This document shows positions 29,886-39,630 of a DNA stretch of 64,000 bases, in pieces. The stretch covers positions 1,568,001 to 1,632,000 of the forward strand of contig OZ219926.1 in NCBI GenBank assembly GCA_964291405.2. Direction: 5' to 3'. Source of the DNA: Thermodesulfobacteriota bacterium. Its GTDB lineage: Bacteria; Desulfobacterota; Binatia; Bin18. The position numbers were made by a program, and so were the translations under genes. Numbering within the stretch: the first letter of the stretch is position 1; each line of letters opens with the position of its first letter. The notes under the pieces are model-generated. The model saw nothing but the letters and a program-made list of their open reading frames with translations. It was not told the origin of the DNA and ran no database searches.

Positions 29886-30335
29886 CTATCCCCCCACCCC
29901 GGCCTTCTGGGCTAAAGACGCATAACTTACCCCGTCTCCATTGTCGGTATTCACCGGCAGGCCAGCTTCCTGCCAACCGGCGACGGCTTGGCCCTGCTGG
30001 TCTTGTCCTCCGCCAAAGCCGCCCATCATATTCGAGACCTGCGTATACCCGGCCTGTTGCATGATCTCGGCGGCGCGTTGCGAACGACCGCCGGCCTGAC
30101 AGCCGACCACGACAGTGGACTCTTTGGGTATGGTCGCTTCGACAACGGCTAAGAAGTGTGGGTTCGGAACCGGACGGCCAGCGGATTGATCAAAAAAGAC
30201 TACGGGAATGTTGATGGCGCGCTCGGGGTGGCCGGCCTGGAATTCCGCCTCGGTGCGGACATCCAGATAGACGACGGCGGCGTCCTGGCTCAGTGTCTGG
30301 TGAGCCTCTGGTGGGGTTATTTGCACAATAGGCAT
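29886..30335 (-). CDS. Rhodanese-like domain protein
   Basis: YLDVRTEAEFQAGHP and active loop GCQAGGRS. Confidence 0.9.
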   Translation of the reverse strand: MPIVQITPPEAHQTLSQDAAVVYLDVRTEAEFQAGHPERAINIPVVFFDQSAGRPVPNPHFLAVVEATIPKESTVVVGCQAGGRSQRAAEIMQQAGYTQVSNMMGGFGGGQDQQGQAVAGWQEAGLPVNTDNGDGVSYASLAQKAGVGG

Positions 30336-30480
30336 GAGTGTCACCTCCCTTTTGTTGCTGCGGGTGGGTCTGATATGGAAATACCCGCGTACGAAGTCAG
30401 CATATTCGTGGACCCCTGGCAATACGTCAAGCAAGGCAGGAACAAGAGAGCAAGAAACAAAGAAGAAAGAGGAGAACGCG

Positions 30481-31272
30481 ATGGAAGAAGCCGTCTATTG
30501 GAGTCGTGAAGGCAGTATTGCAACTATTACCCTCAACCGTCCAGCCCAGTTTAACGTAATGAACAATGAACTCTCAGCAGGCCTGCGCAAAGCCCTGATG
30601 GAATGCTGGGATGACGACGAGGTGCGGGCGGTGATTCTCACCGGGAATGGCCGGGCGTTTAGCGGGGGCGGCGATATCAAGTTCTTTGTCGGAGCGCTGG
30701 CACAGCAGAATATTATTCCGAGCCTGGAGAAAATGATGCCTGTCCTGCACGCGGCCATTGCCATGATTCGCGAAATTCCCAAACCTGTCATTGCCGCGCT
30801 CAACGGCGTGGCCGCAGGCGGCGGGTTCGGTTTGGCACTCGCCTGCGATTTCCGTATTGCCTCACCTCAGGTCAATCTTGTCACCGCTTTTCTGGGCATC
30901 GGTGCCAGCCCAGACTCCAGCTCAACTTTTTTCCTGCCGCGTCACGTTGGCTTGGCCAAGGCGACCGAAATGTTTTTGCGTAACAAACCTGTTCCGGCCG
31001 AAGAGGCGTTGAACCTGGGGCTACTGACTGCCGTGGTCGAGCCCGACCAAGTGATGGCTGAGGCGAAAAAGCTAGCTGAAGAATTGGCCCAGGGTCCGAC
31101 CGCCGCCTTTGGACGGACCAAACTGCTGCTCAATCAAAGCCTCGGCAACTCCTTACACGAACAACTGCACAGCGAAGCCCGCTCGATCACCCTGTCGATG
31201 GGAACGCCCGATTTCGCGGAGGGAATTACGGCCTTTGTCGAGAAACGCAAGGCCCGGTTTACAGGCAAGTAA
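30481..31272 (+). CDS. Enoyl-CoA hydratase/isomerase (PaaG-like)
   Basis: TLNRP, AFSGGGDI, AAGGGFGLALACD and GASPDSS. Confidence 0.88.
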   Translation: MEEAVYWSREGSIATITLNRPAQFNVMNNELSAGLRKALMECWDDDEVRAVILTGNGRAFSGGGDIKFFVGALAQQNIIPSLEKMMPVLHAAIAMIREIPKPVIAALNGVAAGGGFGLALACDFRIASPQVNLVTAFLGIGASPDSSSTFFLPRHVGLAKATEMFLRNKPVPAEEALNLGLLTAVVEPDQVMAEAKKLAEELAQGPTAAFGRTKLLLNQSLGNSLHEQLHSEARSITLSMGTPDFAEGITAFVEKRKARFTGK

Positions 31273-31308
31273 CCAAGCGATGACATGGTGGGTTGCAGAC
31301 GATTCAGG

Positions 31309-31347
31309 AACCCACCTCGGCCTACGGCCACCTCTCCAAGGAGGGGA
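31309..31347. repeat. REP-like intergenic element
   Basis: AACCCACCTCGGCCTACGGCCACCTCTCCAAGGAGGGGA contains two short GC hairpins (GGCC-TAC-GGCC; CCTCTCC-AA-GGAGGGG). Only one copy seen. Confidence 0.4.
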
Positions 31348-31367
31348 CAGAACAAGGAATAGCCCGT

Positions 31368-32348
31368 ATGCAAGCCATTACCATCACAGCGCCGGGCGGC
31401 CCGGACGTGCTCAAGCTGGATACCGTCCCTGATCCGATACCCAGCCCTGAACAGATTCTTGTGCGGGTGCGTGCAACCGCGCTCAACCGGGCGGATACGC
31501 TCCAGCGCCAGGGCCAATACCCACCGCCGCCGGGCGAGTCCGCTATCCTCGGGCTCGAACTTGCCGGAGAAGTGGAAGCCGTGGGCTCGGCAGTGACCAC
31601 GATTGCCGTGGGCGAGCGTGTCTTCGGCTTGGTCGGCGGGGGCGGCTATGCGGAAAAGGCGGTCATTGATGCCCGCATGGCCATGCCGATTCCCGAGGGT
31701 TGGAGCTTCGCCCAGGCTGCAGCCGTGCCGGAGGTGTATTTCACCGCTCAGGAAACGATGTTTACCCTGGCCGGCCTGAAGCGGGGTGAAACCATTCTGA
31801 TCCACGCCGGGGCGAGCGGAGTGGGAACGGCCGGCATTCAGATGGCCCGCGAGACTGGCGCAACCGTACTGGTCACAGCCGGCTCGGCCGAAAAGATTCA
31901 ACGCTGTGTGGACCTCGGGGCGACCGCCGGCTGCAACTACAAAGAGCAGGACTTCGCCGAGTGGGTGCAACACACCACCGATGAAAAAGGCGTTGATGTC
32001 ATAGAGGATTTTATTGGCGCGGCGTATTGGGACAAAAACCTCAAAAGCCTCACGCTTGGCGGCCGTCTGGTTCTCGTCGGTGTAATGGGCGGAGTCAAGG
32101 TAGAGACGAATCTGGGGTTGATTCTGAGAAAACGCCTCCAGGTGTTCGGCTCCGTGCTGCGCACTCGCACCCTGGAGGATAAGATCGATATCACCCGTCG
32201 TTTTCAGACGAACTGGCTGCCGCTTTTAACCGCAGGCAGAATCAAGCCCATTATTGATTGCCGCTTTCCCTTGGAGCAGGCAGCCGAGGCGCACCAATAC
32301 ATGGAGGACAATAAGAATTTCGGCAAGATTATTCTGGAAGTCCCCTAA
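31368..32348 (+). CDS. NAD(P)H:quinone oxidoreductase (PIG3/zeta-crystallin family)
   Basis: NRADTLQRQGQYPPPPG, HAGASGVG and NFGKIIL. Confidence 0.92.
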   Translation: MQAITITAPGGPDVLKLDTVPDPIPSPEQILVRVRATALNRADTLQRQGQYPPPPGESAILGLELAGEVEAVGSAVTTIAVGERVFGLVGGGGYAEKAVIDARMAMPIPEGWSFAQAAAVPEVYFTAQETMFTLAGLKRGETILIHAGASGVGTAGIQMARETGATVLVTAGSAEKIQRCVDLGATAGCNYKEQDFAEWVQHTTDEKGVDVIEDFIGAAYWDKNLKSLTLGGRLVLVGVMGGVKVETNLGLILRKRLQVFGSVLRTRTLEDKIDITRRFQTNWLPLLTAGRIKPIIDCRFPLEQAAEAHQYMEDNKNFGKIILEVP

Positions 32349-32393
32349 GCGCGGCCTCAGGCAGGGACGGCCTCAGCCGCCCCTCACCCACGT

Positions 32394-33986
32394 CTAGGCC
32401 CGCTTCAGCGTCAGTACGCTCCCCTCGCCGTCGGCGGCAATATAGACCGTCCCGTCTCCACCTACGGCCAAGCCGGAGAATGGCGTGAGCGGTCCCTGGA
32501 TCAGACCGGCAATCCCCATGAGGATTTGCGGTGTCACCCCAGGCTGGGCACCGACCGGCAGGCCGGAAGCAATCGTCTGTTGCTGTTTTGTGCCAAGCGA
32601 CACCGCGATGAGTTCTTTGCTGCCTGTATCAACAATCAGGAGCTGATCGCCAAGCAGGCCGAGGCCCTGGGGCGACGACAAGCCCTCGACCACGGCTGAG
32701 CTGCCACCATTCACATGCGACACCTGGCCTTTGTCGGGCTCGCTGACATAGCACGAGCCGTCATCGGCCACGACCACGCCATTCGGTCGGCCAAGACCAC
32801 GGGCTAAGACGGTGACGTTGCCGTCCGAGGTCACCTTGAGCAGGCGTCCCTCGCCGCCCTCTGCGACCACAACCGCCCCGTCCTGGACCGGCGCCAGGCT
32901 GTAGAGTTCGTTGAGTTCGCCGACCAGAATCTGCGATTCACGCGTGCCGAAATTATACAAGACGACTTCGCCGGCTGAGGTCGTCACATACACATTGTTA
33001 TCCGGACCGGCGGCAATACCGCGGATAAAACCGGGGTAGCCCTCCTGGGTAAACATCGTCGGGCGGCTGACCTGCCCGTCCCGGCTGACGGATATCATAC
33101 TCATGCCATCGGCCGCATAAACAGTGCCGTCACCGGTCACGGTGATACCGAACGGACCGAGCAAACCCGCAGGCACCAGGATGCGCTCGGTTCCGTCTGC
33201 CAGAATCTCGGCCACCCCACCGTCCACAAAGTGGGAAATAAAGAGTCGGTTGTCATCCGCAAAGGCCAGATTGTCGATCCCTGGGCGGACATTGGCGACA
33301 ACGGTCTTTTCTCCGCTTTGGATATCGATCCTTGTCACCTCCCCGCTGGCGGCCTGGGTTGTTGTCAGCAGGCCGTTCTGGTCAAACTTGACTGCGGTCG
33401 GAACGGCAAAGCCAGACATGAAGCGCTCAGGTGCTCCACCTTCGAGCGGGCAACGCCAGATTTCACCTGCTGCGATCTGCGGGAAATACAGCTTGCCATC
33501 AGGCCCAACCGAGAGCGCATTGGGCAGCGGCAGGTTCTCGGCTATTACCCGCGGCTCTCGACCGTCCGGATACAGCTCAAACAGGCGTCCGCCGGGCCGG
33601 CACTCGTCCATGAACAAGCGGTCCTGATGGGCGGTGATGCCGTTTGCCGCGGGTACATTATCCGCGATGACCCGGACTTCACCGCTGGGTGTGCGTGCGC
33701 TGACCCGCGCGCTCATCACCTCGGTCACATACATGACATCGTGCGAATCAAAGGCGATGTCATCCGGCGCCACAATCGGCCCCCCAACCGGCGAAATCGT
33801 TTCACACGCGCCGCTACCAGTATCGACCGCGCTCACCTGGCTGCCAAACGCCTGGACCACGTAGAGTTTCCCGTCCGAGCCCATGCGCATCCCGTTCGCC
33901 CCGAACAATCCGCTGGGCGACGATAGCCGCGCCAACTGCCAGCCGGCCGCGGCCTGTGGCTGTGTGTTTTCTCCGTACCGATTCAT
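32394..33986 (-). CDS. Double beta-propeller SMP-30/gluconolactonase-like protein
   Basis: Repeated PxGxAxxxDGxxYV blades across about 530 aa. Confidence 0.75.
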   Translation of the reverse strand: MNRYGENTQPQAAAGWQLARLSSPSGLFGANGMRMGSDGKLYVVQAFGSQVSAVDTGSGACETISPVGGPIVAPDDIAFDSHDVMYVTEVMSARVSARTPSGEVRVIADNVPAANGITAHQDRLFMDECRPGGRLFELYPDGREPRVIAENLPLPNALSVGPDGKLYFPQIAAGEIWRCPLEGGAPERFMSGFAVPTAVKFDQNGLLTTTQAASGEVTRIDIQSGEKTVVANVRPGIDNLAFADDNRLFISHFVDGGVAEILADGTERILVPAGLLGPFGITVTGDGTVYAADGMSMISVSRDGQVSRPTMFTQEGYPGFIRGIAAGPDNNVYVTTSAGEVVLYNFGTRESQILVGELNELYSLAPVQDGAVVVAEGGEGRLLKVTSDGNVTVLARGLGRPNGVVVADDGSCYVSEPDKGQVSHVNGGSSAVVEGLSSPQGLGLLGDQLLIVDTGSKELIAVSLGTKQQQTIASGLPVGAQPGVTPQILMGIAGLIQGPLTPFSGLAVGGDGTVYIAADGEGSVLTLKRA

Positions 33987-34007
33987 ATTCCCCTCCTTCA
34001 GTCACTG

Positions 34008-34805
34008 TTATTGTCCTTTGAATACGGGTTTTCTCCGCTCTCGCCAAGCTTTATGGGCCTCGTGACTATCTTCAGTCTGACCGAGCAGCATGAACCGATA
34101 GATGTCGGTCTGAGCTGCCTCTTTGAGCGAGGCGATATCGAGTCCTTTATTCAGCGACTCTTTGGCCATGCGCACCGCAAGAGGCGGCAGGGTGGCGAGC
34201 CGGCGGGCGTAGTCTTGCGCCAAGGGCCTGAGTTCCGGGAGCGGCACGACCTTATTGACCAACCCGACCCGGTAGGCTTCTTGCGCGTGAATACGTTCTC
34301 CAAGCAGCACCATTTCCATCGCTTTTCCACGTCCGACATAGCGCGCGAGTCGAACCGCTCCGCCATAGGCCGGCAGAATACCGAGCGGGACCTGGGGCAA
34401 GCCGAGTTCGGCGTTGTCCGAAGCGAGCAGAATATCGCAGCACAGCGTAATCAGACAGCCGATCCCAACGGCAAAGCCGTTAATCGCAGCAACCACGGGT
34501 TTGGGATAATCAGCGACTGCATTGAATACGGGGAAGCCTTTTGGCGAGACAGAAGCCAAGTGCGCGCCAACGGTGGTGACCTTGTGGGTCTTGGCGTTGC
34601 CCAAATCTGCACCGGCAGAAAACGCCTTGTCCCCGGTCCCGGTCAGGATGGTGACCAAGACTTCCGGGTCGTCTTCCATCGTACCAAAGACATCGATAAT
34701 CTCTTCCGACACCTAGGTGGTCCACGCGTTGCGCTTCTCGGGACGATTAATCGTGACGGTCGCGATACTGTCCTGCTTTTCGTAGAGCAATGTTTCATAT
34801 GGCAT
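34008..34805 (-). pseudogene. Enoyl-CoA hydratase family gene interrupted by in-frame TAG
   Basis: ATG 34805 with GGAGG RBS gives MPYETLLYEKQDSIATVTINRPEKRNAWTT, then TAG (34713-34715), then VSEEII...AFSAGAD in the same frame. Confidence 0.8.
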
Positions 34806-34853
34806 GGGCGGCCCTCCTGTGTGCTATGGGATCACTGCGGCTACTGGTCAAAC

Positions 34854-34882
34854 AAAAATGGGGCGGCTCACCAGCCACCCCT
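34854..34882 (-). terminator. Intrinsic terminator-like hairpin
   Basis: Minus strand GGGGTGGCT-GGTG-AGCCGCCCC followed by ATTTTT. Confidence 0.5.
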
Positions 34883-34919
34883 GCTATGGTCTCGACCTAA
34901 TATCGGGAAGAGGCAGGCA

Positions 34920-36371
34920 TTATTCCTTACCAATCCGCGCCATTTTGCTGGCGTAGTCGCGCACCCGCTGCCAGTCGTACTCACGGTAAAGCTGCATCTT
35001 TTCAGCTTCCATGGAGCCTTCGGCGTGCAAAGCCAGCACCGCGTTATAACCCCCAAAGTCCGAGGTGGTGATGTCCTGAATCAGGTTGATCACCTGGAGC
35101 CGTTCTTTACCCGACGTGCCCTTCTTACCCTTTAGATATTTCTCAATCAGCGGTCCGGTCTCTTCGCTCCGCAGGTCTTCTACCGCCGGAGCGGTCACCA
35201 GAATACCGCCGGCCAAGTCCTGGACGTGCGACAGAGCTTGGTGGAAATCGGCCGCAAAATGATGCTTGGCAATATTCACGGTCGGAGGGTCGGGGATGAC
35301 CATGTCGAAGTCGGTCTCGCGTGCCTTCATACACGCCATATGGGTCAGCGAGCGGGTGGTTTCGGCATAGCTGGCCAGCCAGAACAGTTTTTCTTTGACA
35401 TGGGCGGCTCTTTCAATGCCATTGTATTCGGCCATCAGACGCCCGGCGCCGGCTAAGAGATCAAGGAAAGGTAATTTATAGGAGATCGCGGTCAGGCGAT
35501 GATACTCAACAAATGACAAAGCCAAAGGACCGGCAAACTGCCATTCGCCCTGTAAGAAAATCCGCTCGTTGGGCACAAATACATCATCAAAGATGGTTAG
35601 CGTTTCGGTCATTTTCACGCCCGAGCTGACCGGATGATCGAAGCTGTTGCGCTGGGTGTACGAGCCGTAGCCACTCATCAGCAGCTTGAGCCCTGGAGTA
35701 TCCAGCGGGATGGCAAAGGAGACCGCGTAATCCTTGTCCTCTTCTCCCATGGCTCGTGTGGGCAGGACGATCATCTCGTTGGCGTGGGTGGTATTTGAGG
35801 TGTGGACCTTGGCCCCACGCACCACAATACCGTCGTCCCGCTCTTCGACAATGCGCAGATACGAATCCGGGTCTTCCTGTTCCGAGGGACGCAAGGCGCG
35901 GTCGCCCTTGGTGTCGGTCTGGGCCAGGGCAAAGCTAACATCTTCTGTGCAGCAGTAATCATAAAAGGCTTTGACCCGTTGGTAGTAGGAGGTTCCGCAG
36001 GCTTCATCTATTTTCTGAGAGATCCGCAACAGGCCAAATAGCGCATCACTGCCGACTACTTTCGCCAGCACGACCAGCGTCCCGCCTTCCCGGCAGGCGG
36101 TTTCGATCAGCTCACTCCGTTTGAGCAGTTGTTCAGCGTTCTGGGGCGGCAGAAAATAGCGGCTCATATCCTCGCCGGTCTCGGGGTTACGGACCACGGC
36201 CAGCTCCCGGTACTGCGGGTCGTGCATGAGCCGATAGTCGGTCGCCTCATGATCGACGGCGGTTTGAATGAGCGGATGCCCGCTTACATCAGGGATGCGC
36301 TGGCCTCGAAAATAGACCTGCCGGTCGTCTTTCAAGCTGTCTTTGTATTGCTCAACCGTACGTAGCGGCAT
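34920..36371 (-). CDS. 4-hydroxyphenylacetate 3-hydroxylase/4-hydroxybutyryl-CoA dehydratase family flavoprotein
   Basis: QYKDSLKDDRQVYFRG, AQTDTKGDR, GIVVRGAK, IFDDVFVPNERIFL and QDLAGG. Confidence 0.88.
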   Translation of the reverse strand: MPLRTVEQYKDSLKDDRQVYFRGQRIPDVSGHPLIQTAVDHEATDYRLMHDPQYRELAVVRNPETGEDMSRYFLPPQNAEQLLKRSELIETACREGGTLVVLAKVVGSDALFGLLRISQKIDEACGTSYYQRVKAFYDYCCTEDVSFALAQTDTKGDRALRPSEQEDPDSYLRIVEERDDGIVVRGAKVHTSNTTHANEMIVLPTRAMGEEDKDYAVSFAIPLDTPGLKLLMSGYGSYTQRNSFDHPVSSGVKMTETLTIFDDVFVPNERIFLQGEWQFAGPLALSFVEYHRLTAISYKLPFLDLLAGAGRLMAEYNGIERAAHVKEKLFWLASYAETTRSLTHMACMKARETDFDMVIPDPPTVNIAKHHFAADFHQALSHVQDLAGGILVTAPAVEDLRSEETGPLIEKYLKGKKGTSGKERLQVINLIQDITTSDFGGYNAVLALHAEGSMEAEKMQLYREYDWQRVRDYASKMARIGKE

Positions 36372-36412
36372 AGGATAATCCTCACTTTCAAAATTCCTCT
36401 CTTGTCATAATC

Positions 36413-36781
36413 GTGATGCATCCAAAGCTCAAGGAGGCCGTTCGGCTTTTTAACCGTCGGGAATACTTTGACAGCCACCAGGTACTCGAAGAGGTTTGGC
36501 AGGAGGCCGACGCCACGGACAAAACATTTTACGAAGCCTTGATTCGCTTGGCCACGGGCCTCCATATGCGTTTCAACCGGGGCGGCTCGCAGGGCGCGAT
36601 TAATCTGTTGACCCAAGCCCTCATGCGGCTTGAAGACTTTCGTCCCACCTCACACGGGATTGATGTTGCCCGGCTGTACCGGGATATCGATACCCATGTT
36701 GCAGACCTCAAGGCAGAGGACAAACCCAAGGTTGGTTTCTTCGAGCGCTGGAAGGTCCCCCGGATTTACCCCGCCGACTGA
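36413..36781 (+). CDS. DUF309 family protein
   Basis: LFNRREYFDSHQVLEEVW signature. Confidence 0.85.
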   Translation: MMHPKLKEAVRLFNRREYFDSHQVLEEVWQEADATDKTFYEALIRLATGLHMRFNRGGSQGAINLLTQALMRLEDFRPTSHGIDVARLYRDIDTHVADLKAEDKPKVGFFERWKVPRIYPAD

Positions 36782-36783
36782 GC

Positions 36784-37329
36784 TCAGCGCCGGAGCTGAT
36801 CGATCGAATATGTCCCGGCCGTGGGCTCCAACTCGACCTCGAACGATTCCATAACCCGTGCCACCATGCCGTAGAAACCAATGGCCAAGGTCAACTCGAC
36901 CATCTGCCGCGGCCCCAAATCTTTCTCCAACGCCGCGAACGTCTCGGCCGACGCTTTGACATCCTGCGTGACCTCATCGGTAAAACGGATCACACGCTTT
37001 TCCACCTCGTTAAAAGCGTCCGAGGCGGCTCCCTGAGGAAGAGCCTCTACCTGAGCGTCCGTAACGCCCGTCTCTTTGGCGAGGGGCACATGCTGGGTCC
37101 ACTCATAGTTGGCCCCGGTCAGATGCGCCACCCGCAGGATGGCCAACTCACGCAGATGGTCGTCCAACTCCTGTTTCGTCAGAATGGACTGGCCAAAAAC
37201 GAGTAGCGGTATGGCATTCGTCGGCGCGTTCAGAAACATCTTCATGATATTGAGCGGCGGGAGCTTTTCCGCCGAGACGCGGACCTTCTCCGGTAAATCT
37301 TCAAGATTGGGATAGGGAATACGAGCCAT
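36784..37329 (-). CDS. Carboxymuconolactone decarboxylase/AhpD-like protein
   Basis: LRELAILRVAHLTGANYEWTQH. Confidence 0.85.
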   Translation of the reverse strand: MARIPYPNLEDLPEKVRVSAEKLPPLNIMKMFLNAPTNAIPLLVFGQSILTKQELDDHLRELAILRVAHLTGANYEWTQHVPLAKETGVTDAQVEALPQGAASDAFNEVEKRVIRFTDEVTQDVKASAETFAALEKDLGPRQMVELTLAIGFYGMVARVMESFEVELEPTAGTYSIDQLRR

Positions 37330-37465
37330 GCTTCCTCCTTGGTCTCGGTGTCAAACAGGCACCGACCCTAGCCTGTCGAGCAAGCCGAAGTCAATGCGCG
37401 AGCCTGGTTCGATAGCCCTCTCATCTCTGTTACACTCTGACCTCCTACAAGGAGCGTCAACAGTC

Positions 37466-38533
37466 ATGAACATCCCCATCACGCGCATTCAGCAGCCCAA
37501 ACCCAAACCGCCCGATGACGAACTCGGGTTTGGTCAAATCTTTACGGATCATATGTTTCTTCTGGACGGTGTGGCCGATACAGGCTGGTCCAACCCGCGT
37601 ATCGTGCCGTACGGGCCGCTTTCGCTAGAGCCGGCCACCGTCGGTCTGCACTATGCCCAAGCCATCTTTGAAGGCCTCAAGGCATATCGTTCGCCGGACG
37701 ACACAATTCTGCTCTTTCGGCCAGATCGCAATATCGCCCGTTTTAATCGCTCTGCCGTCCGGCTGTGTATCCCACCGATTGACCCGGAACTCTTTCTCTC
37801 GGCACTCAAGCAGTTGGTGAAACTGGACCAGGACTGGGTGCCGCATGCGCCCGGCACCTCTTTGTATATCCGACCGGTTGCCTTTGCCTGCGACCCCGAC
37901 CTGCGGGTGCGGCCATCTCACACCTACCAGTTCTTTATTATTCTTTCGCCGGTCGCCGCCTATTATGCAGAAGGCTTCAAACCGCTCCGTATCCGGGTGG
38001 AAGACCGTTATGTGCGGGCCGTGCGAGGTGGAACCGGGGCCGCGAAAACGGCGGGGAATTATGCCGGTAGTTTATTCGCCGGCGAAGAAGCCCATAAAGA
38101 CGGTTTTGCCCAAGTGTTGTGGCTCGACGGTGTCGAACAGCAGTACATCGAAGAAGTCGGCTCCATGAATATCGCCTTTGTGCTCGGCGATGAGCTCGTC
38201 ACCCCACCAGTCACCGGGACTATCCTCGAAGGCGTGACCCGCGCCTCCGTACTCCAACTCGCCCAGGACTTTGGGATGCGGGTGGCAGAGCGACCTATTA
38301 CCATCACCGAAGTCCTGACCGCAGCGCGGAACGGACTGCTGCGCGAGGTGTTTGGTGCCGGAACCGCAGCCGTTATCTCGCCGGTCAGCGAGCTGTCGTA
38401 TAAAGACGAGCGTATTGTCATCAATGACGGCCAGGTCGGCCCGCTGTCCCAACGCCTGTTTAACGAGTTGTCCGCCATCCAGCGCGGCCTGAAGCCCGAC
38501 CGCCACGGCTGGATGGTGGAGGTTGATTCGTAA
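37466..38533 (+). CDS. ilvE: Branched-chain amino acid aminotransferase
   Basis: LGFGQIFTDHM, LHYAQAIFEGLKAY, AKTAGNY, EVGSMN and GTAAVISP. Confidence 0.95.
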   Translation: MNIPITRIQQPKPKPPDDELGFGQIFTDHMFLLDGVADTGWSNPRIVPYGPLSLEPATVGLHYAQAIFEGLKAYRSPDDTILLFRPDRNIARFNRSAVRLCIPPIDPELFLSALKQLVKLDQDWVPHAPGTSLYIRPVAFACDPDLRVRPSHTYQFFIILSPVAAYYAEGFKPLRIRVEDRYVRAVRGGTGAAKTAGNYAGSLFAGEEAHKDGFAQVLWLDGVEQQYIEEVGSMNIAFVLGDELVTPPVTGTILEGVTRASVLQLAQDFGMRVAERPITITEVLTAARNGLLREVFGAGTAAVISPVSELSYKDERIVINDGQVGPLSQRLFNELSAIQRGLKPDRHGWMVEVDS

Positions 38534-38667
38534 AACTCTTGTTTGATGAATCCTTGGAGAGAGTAGTCGGCCCGGCCAGCGCAATGACGAAAACGGGCCG
38601 GACTTGAACGCGCTGGATGGGGCAGATACAACGCAGAGACAATTTTTCAGGAAAGGGAGAAAGACCG

Positions 38668-39168
38668 ATGGATGCAGATGCCAAGAAAACAGCTCTCCGC
38701 ATGATCCCCTACGGCCTGTATGTGCTGACCGCGGAAAAAGACGGCGAGATCGCCGCGGCAACCGTGAACTGGGTGACCCAGACCGCCTTTGAGCCACCGC
38801 TGGTCGTGGTTGGCGTCAAGGCCGACGCCAGCGCACACGATGTCATCAAAAAAGCCGGCTCGTTTGCCCTCAACATCCTGGGCAAGGGACAGCAGGGCCC
38901 GGCCTTTGCCTTTTTCAAACCCGTTGAAAAAGACGGCGACACAATCAACGGGGAGGCATACAGCGCAGGCAGTACCGGCGCGCCGGTGCTTGAAAGCGTC
39001 CCGGCTTATGTAGAGTGCTCGTTGGAGCAAACGGTCGAGAACGGCGACCATTCCATTTTTATTGGAAAAGTGGTGAATGCGGCTGTCCAGAAGCAACCCG
39101 AAGGACGCGCAGACCTGGCGACGCTGCACATGGCTGACCTGGGAGACAAGGTCTTCTACGGCGGCTAA
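38668..39168 (+). CDS. Flavin reductase family protein
   Basis: LRMIPYGLYVLT, FEPPLV and GDHSIFIG. Confidence 0.9.
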   Translation: MDADAKKTALRMIPYGLYVLTAEKDGEIAAATVNWVTQTAFEPPLVVVGVKADASAHDVIKKAGSFALNILGKGQQGPAFAFFKPVEKDGDTINGEAYSAGSTGAPVLESVPAYVECSLEQTVENGDHSIFIGKVVNAAVQKQPEGRADLATLHMADLGDKVFYGG

Positions 39169-39189
39169 AAAATCCTGCTCCTGGCTGAC

Positions 39190-39231
39190 AGCCCCTGAGT
39201 CAGACCATGAGGACGACTCAGGGGCTTTTTT
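39190..39231 (+). terminator. Intrinsic terminator
   Basis: AGCCCCTGAGTC ... GACTCAGGGGCT followed by TTTTT. Confidence 0.75.
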
Positions 39232-39314
39232 GTGCCCGAGCCGCTCAGTACTAACCTTGCGGTCTGTAGAGGAATTTGTTTAATTCGCCGATATTTTAGA
39301 TGCAGGAGGACAGC

Positions 39315-39620
39315 ATGGCCGATTTTGTCAAAGTGGCCTCAACAGGTGACATCCCCGAAGGCGAAGGTCGGTGTTTTGAGGTCAACGATCAACAGGTAGC
39401 CATCTTCAATGTCGATGGCACCTTCTACGCCCTGGACAATGTGTGCCCGCACCAGGGCGGTCCATTGGGCGAGGGCGAGTTGGACGGCAATATGGTCACC
39501 TGCCCGTGGCACGCCTGGGATTTCGATGTCACGACCGGAGAAAACAGTGAAGACCCGGACGAAAAACAAGACACATATGAAGTCAAAGTGGACGGCGACG
39601 ATGTCTTAGTCGCTGTATGA
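39315..39620 (+). CDS. Rieske [2Fe-2S] ferredoxin
   Basis: CPHQGG ... CPWHAW. Confidence 0.93.
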   Translation: MADFVKVASTGDIPEGEGRCFEVNDQQVAIFNVDGTFYALDNVCPHQGGPLGEGELDGNMVTCPWHAWDFDVTTGENSEDPDEKQDTYEVKVDGDDVLVAV

Positions 39621-39630
39621 AGCAGCCCGT

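Noticed and set aside
34011-35135. 374-aa plus-strand ORF (and similar long shadows at 5257-6330, 19387-20499 and 16227-17231)
   Set aside because: Overlap recognisable genes on the opposite strand; no domain signal.
39202-39215. CCATGAGGACG matching the vapB operator half-site
   Set aside because: Single half-site inside a terminator loop; probably coincidence.
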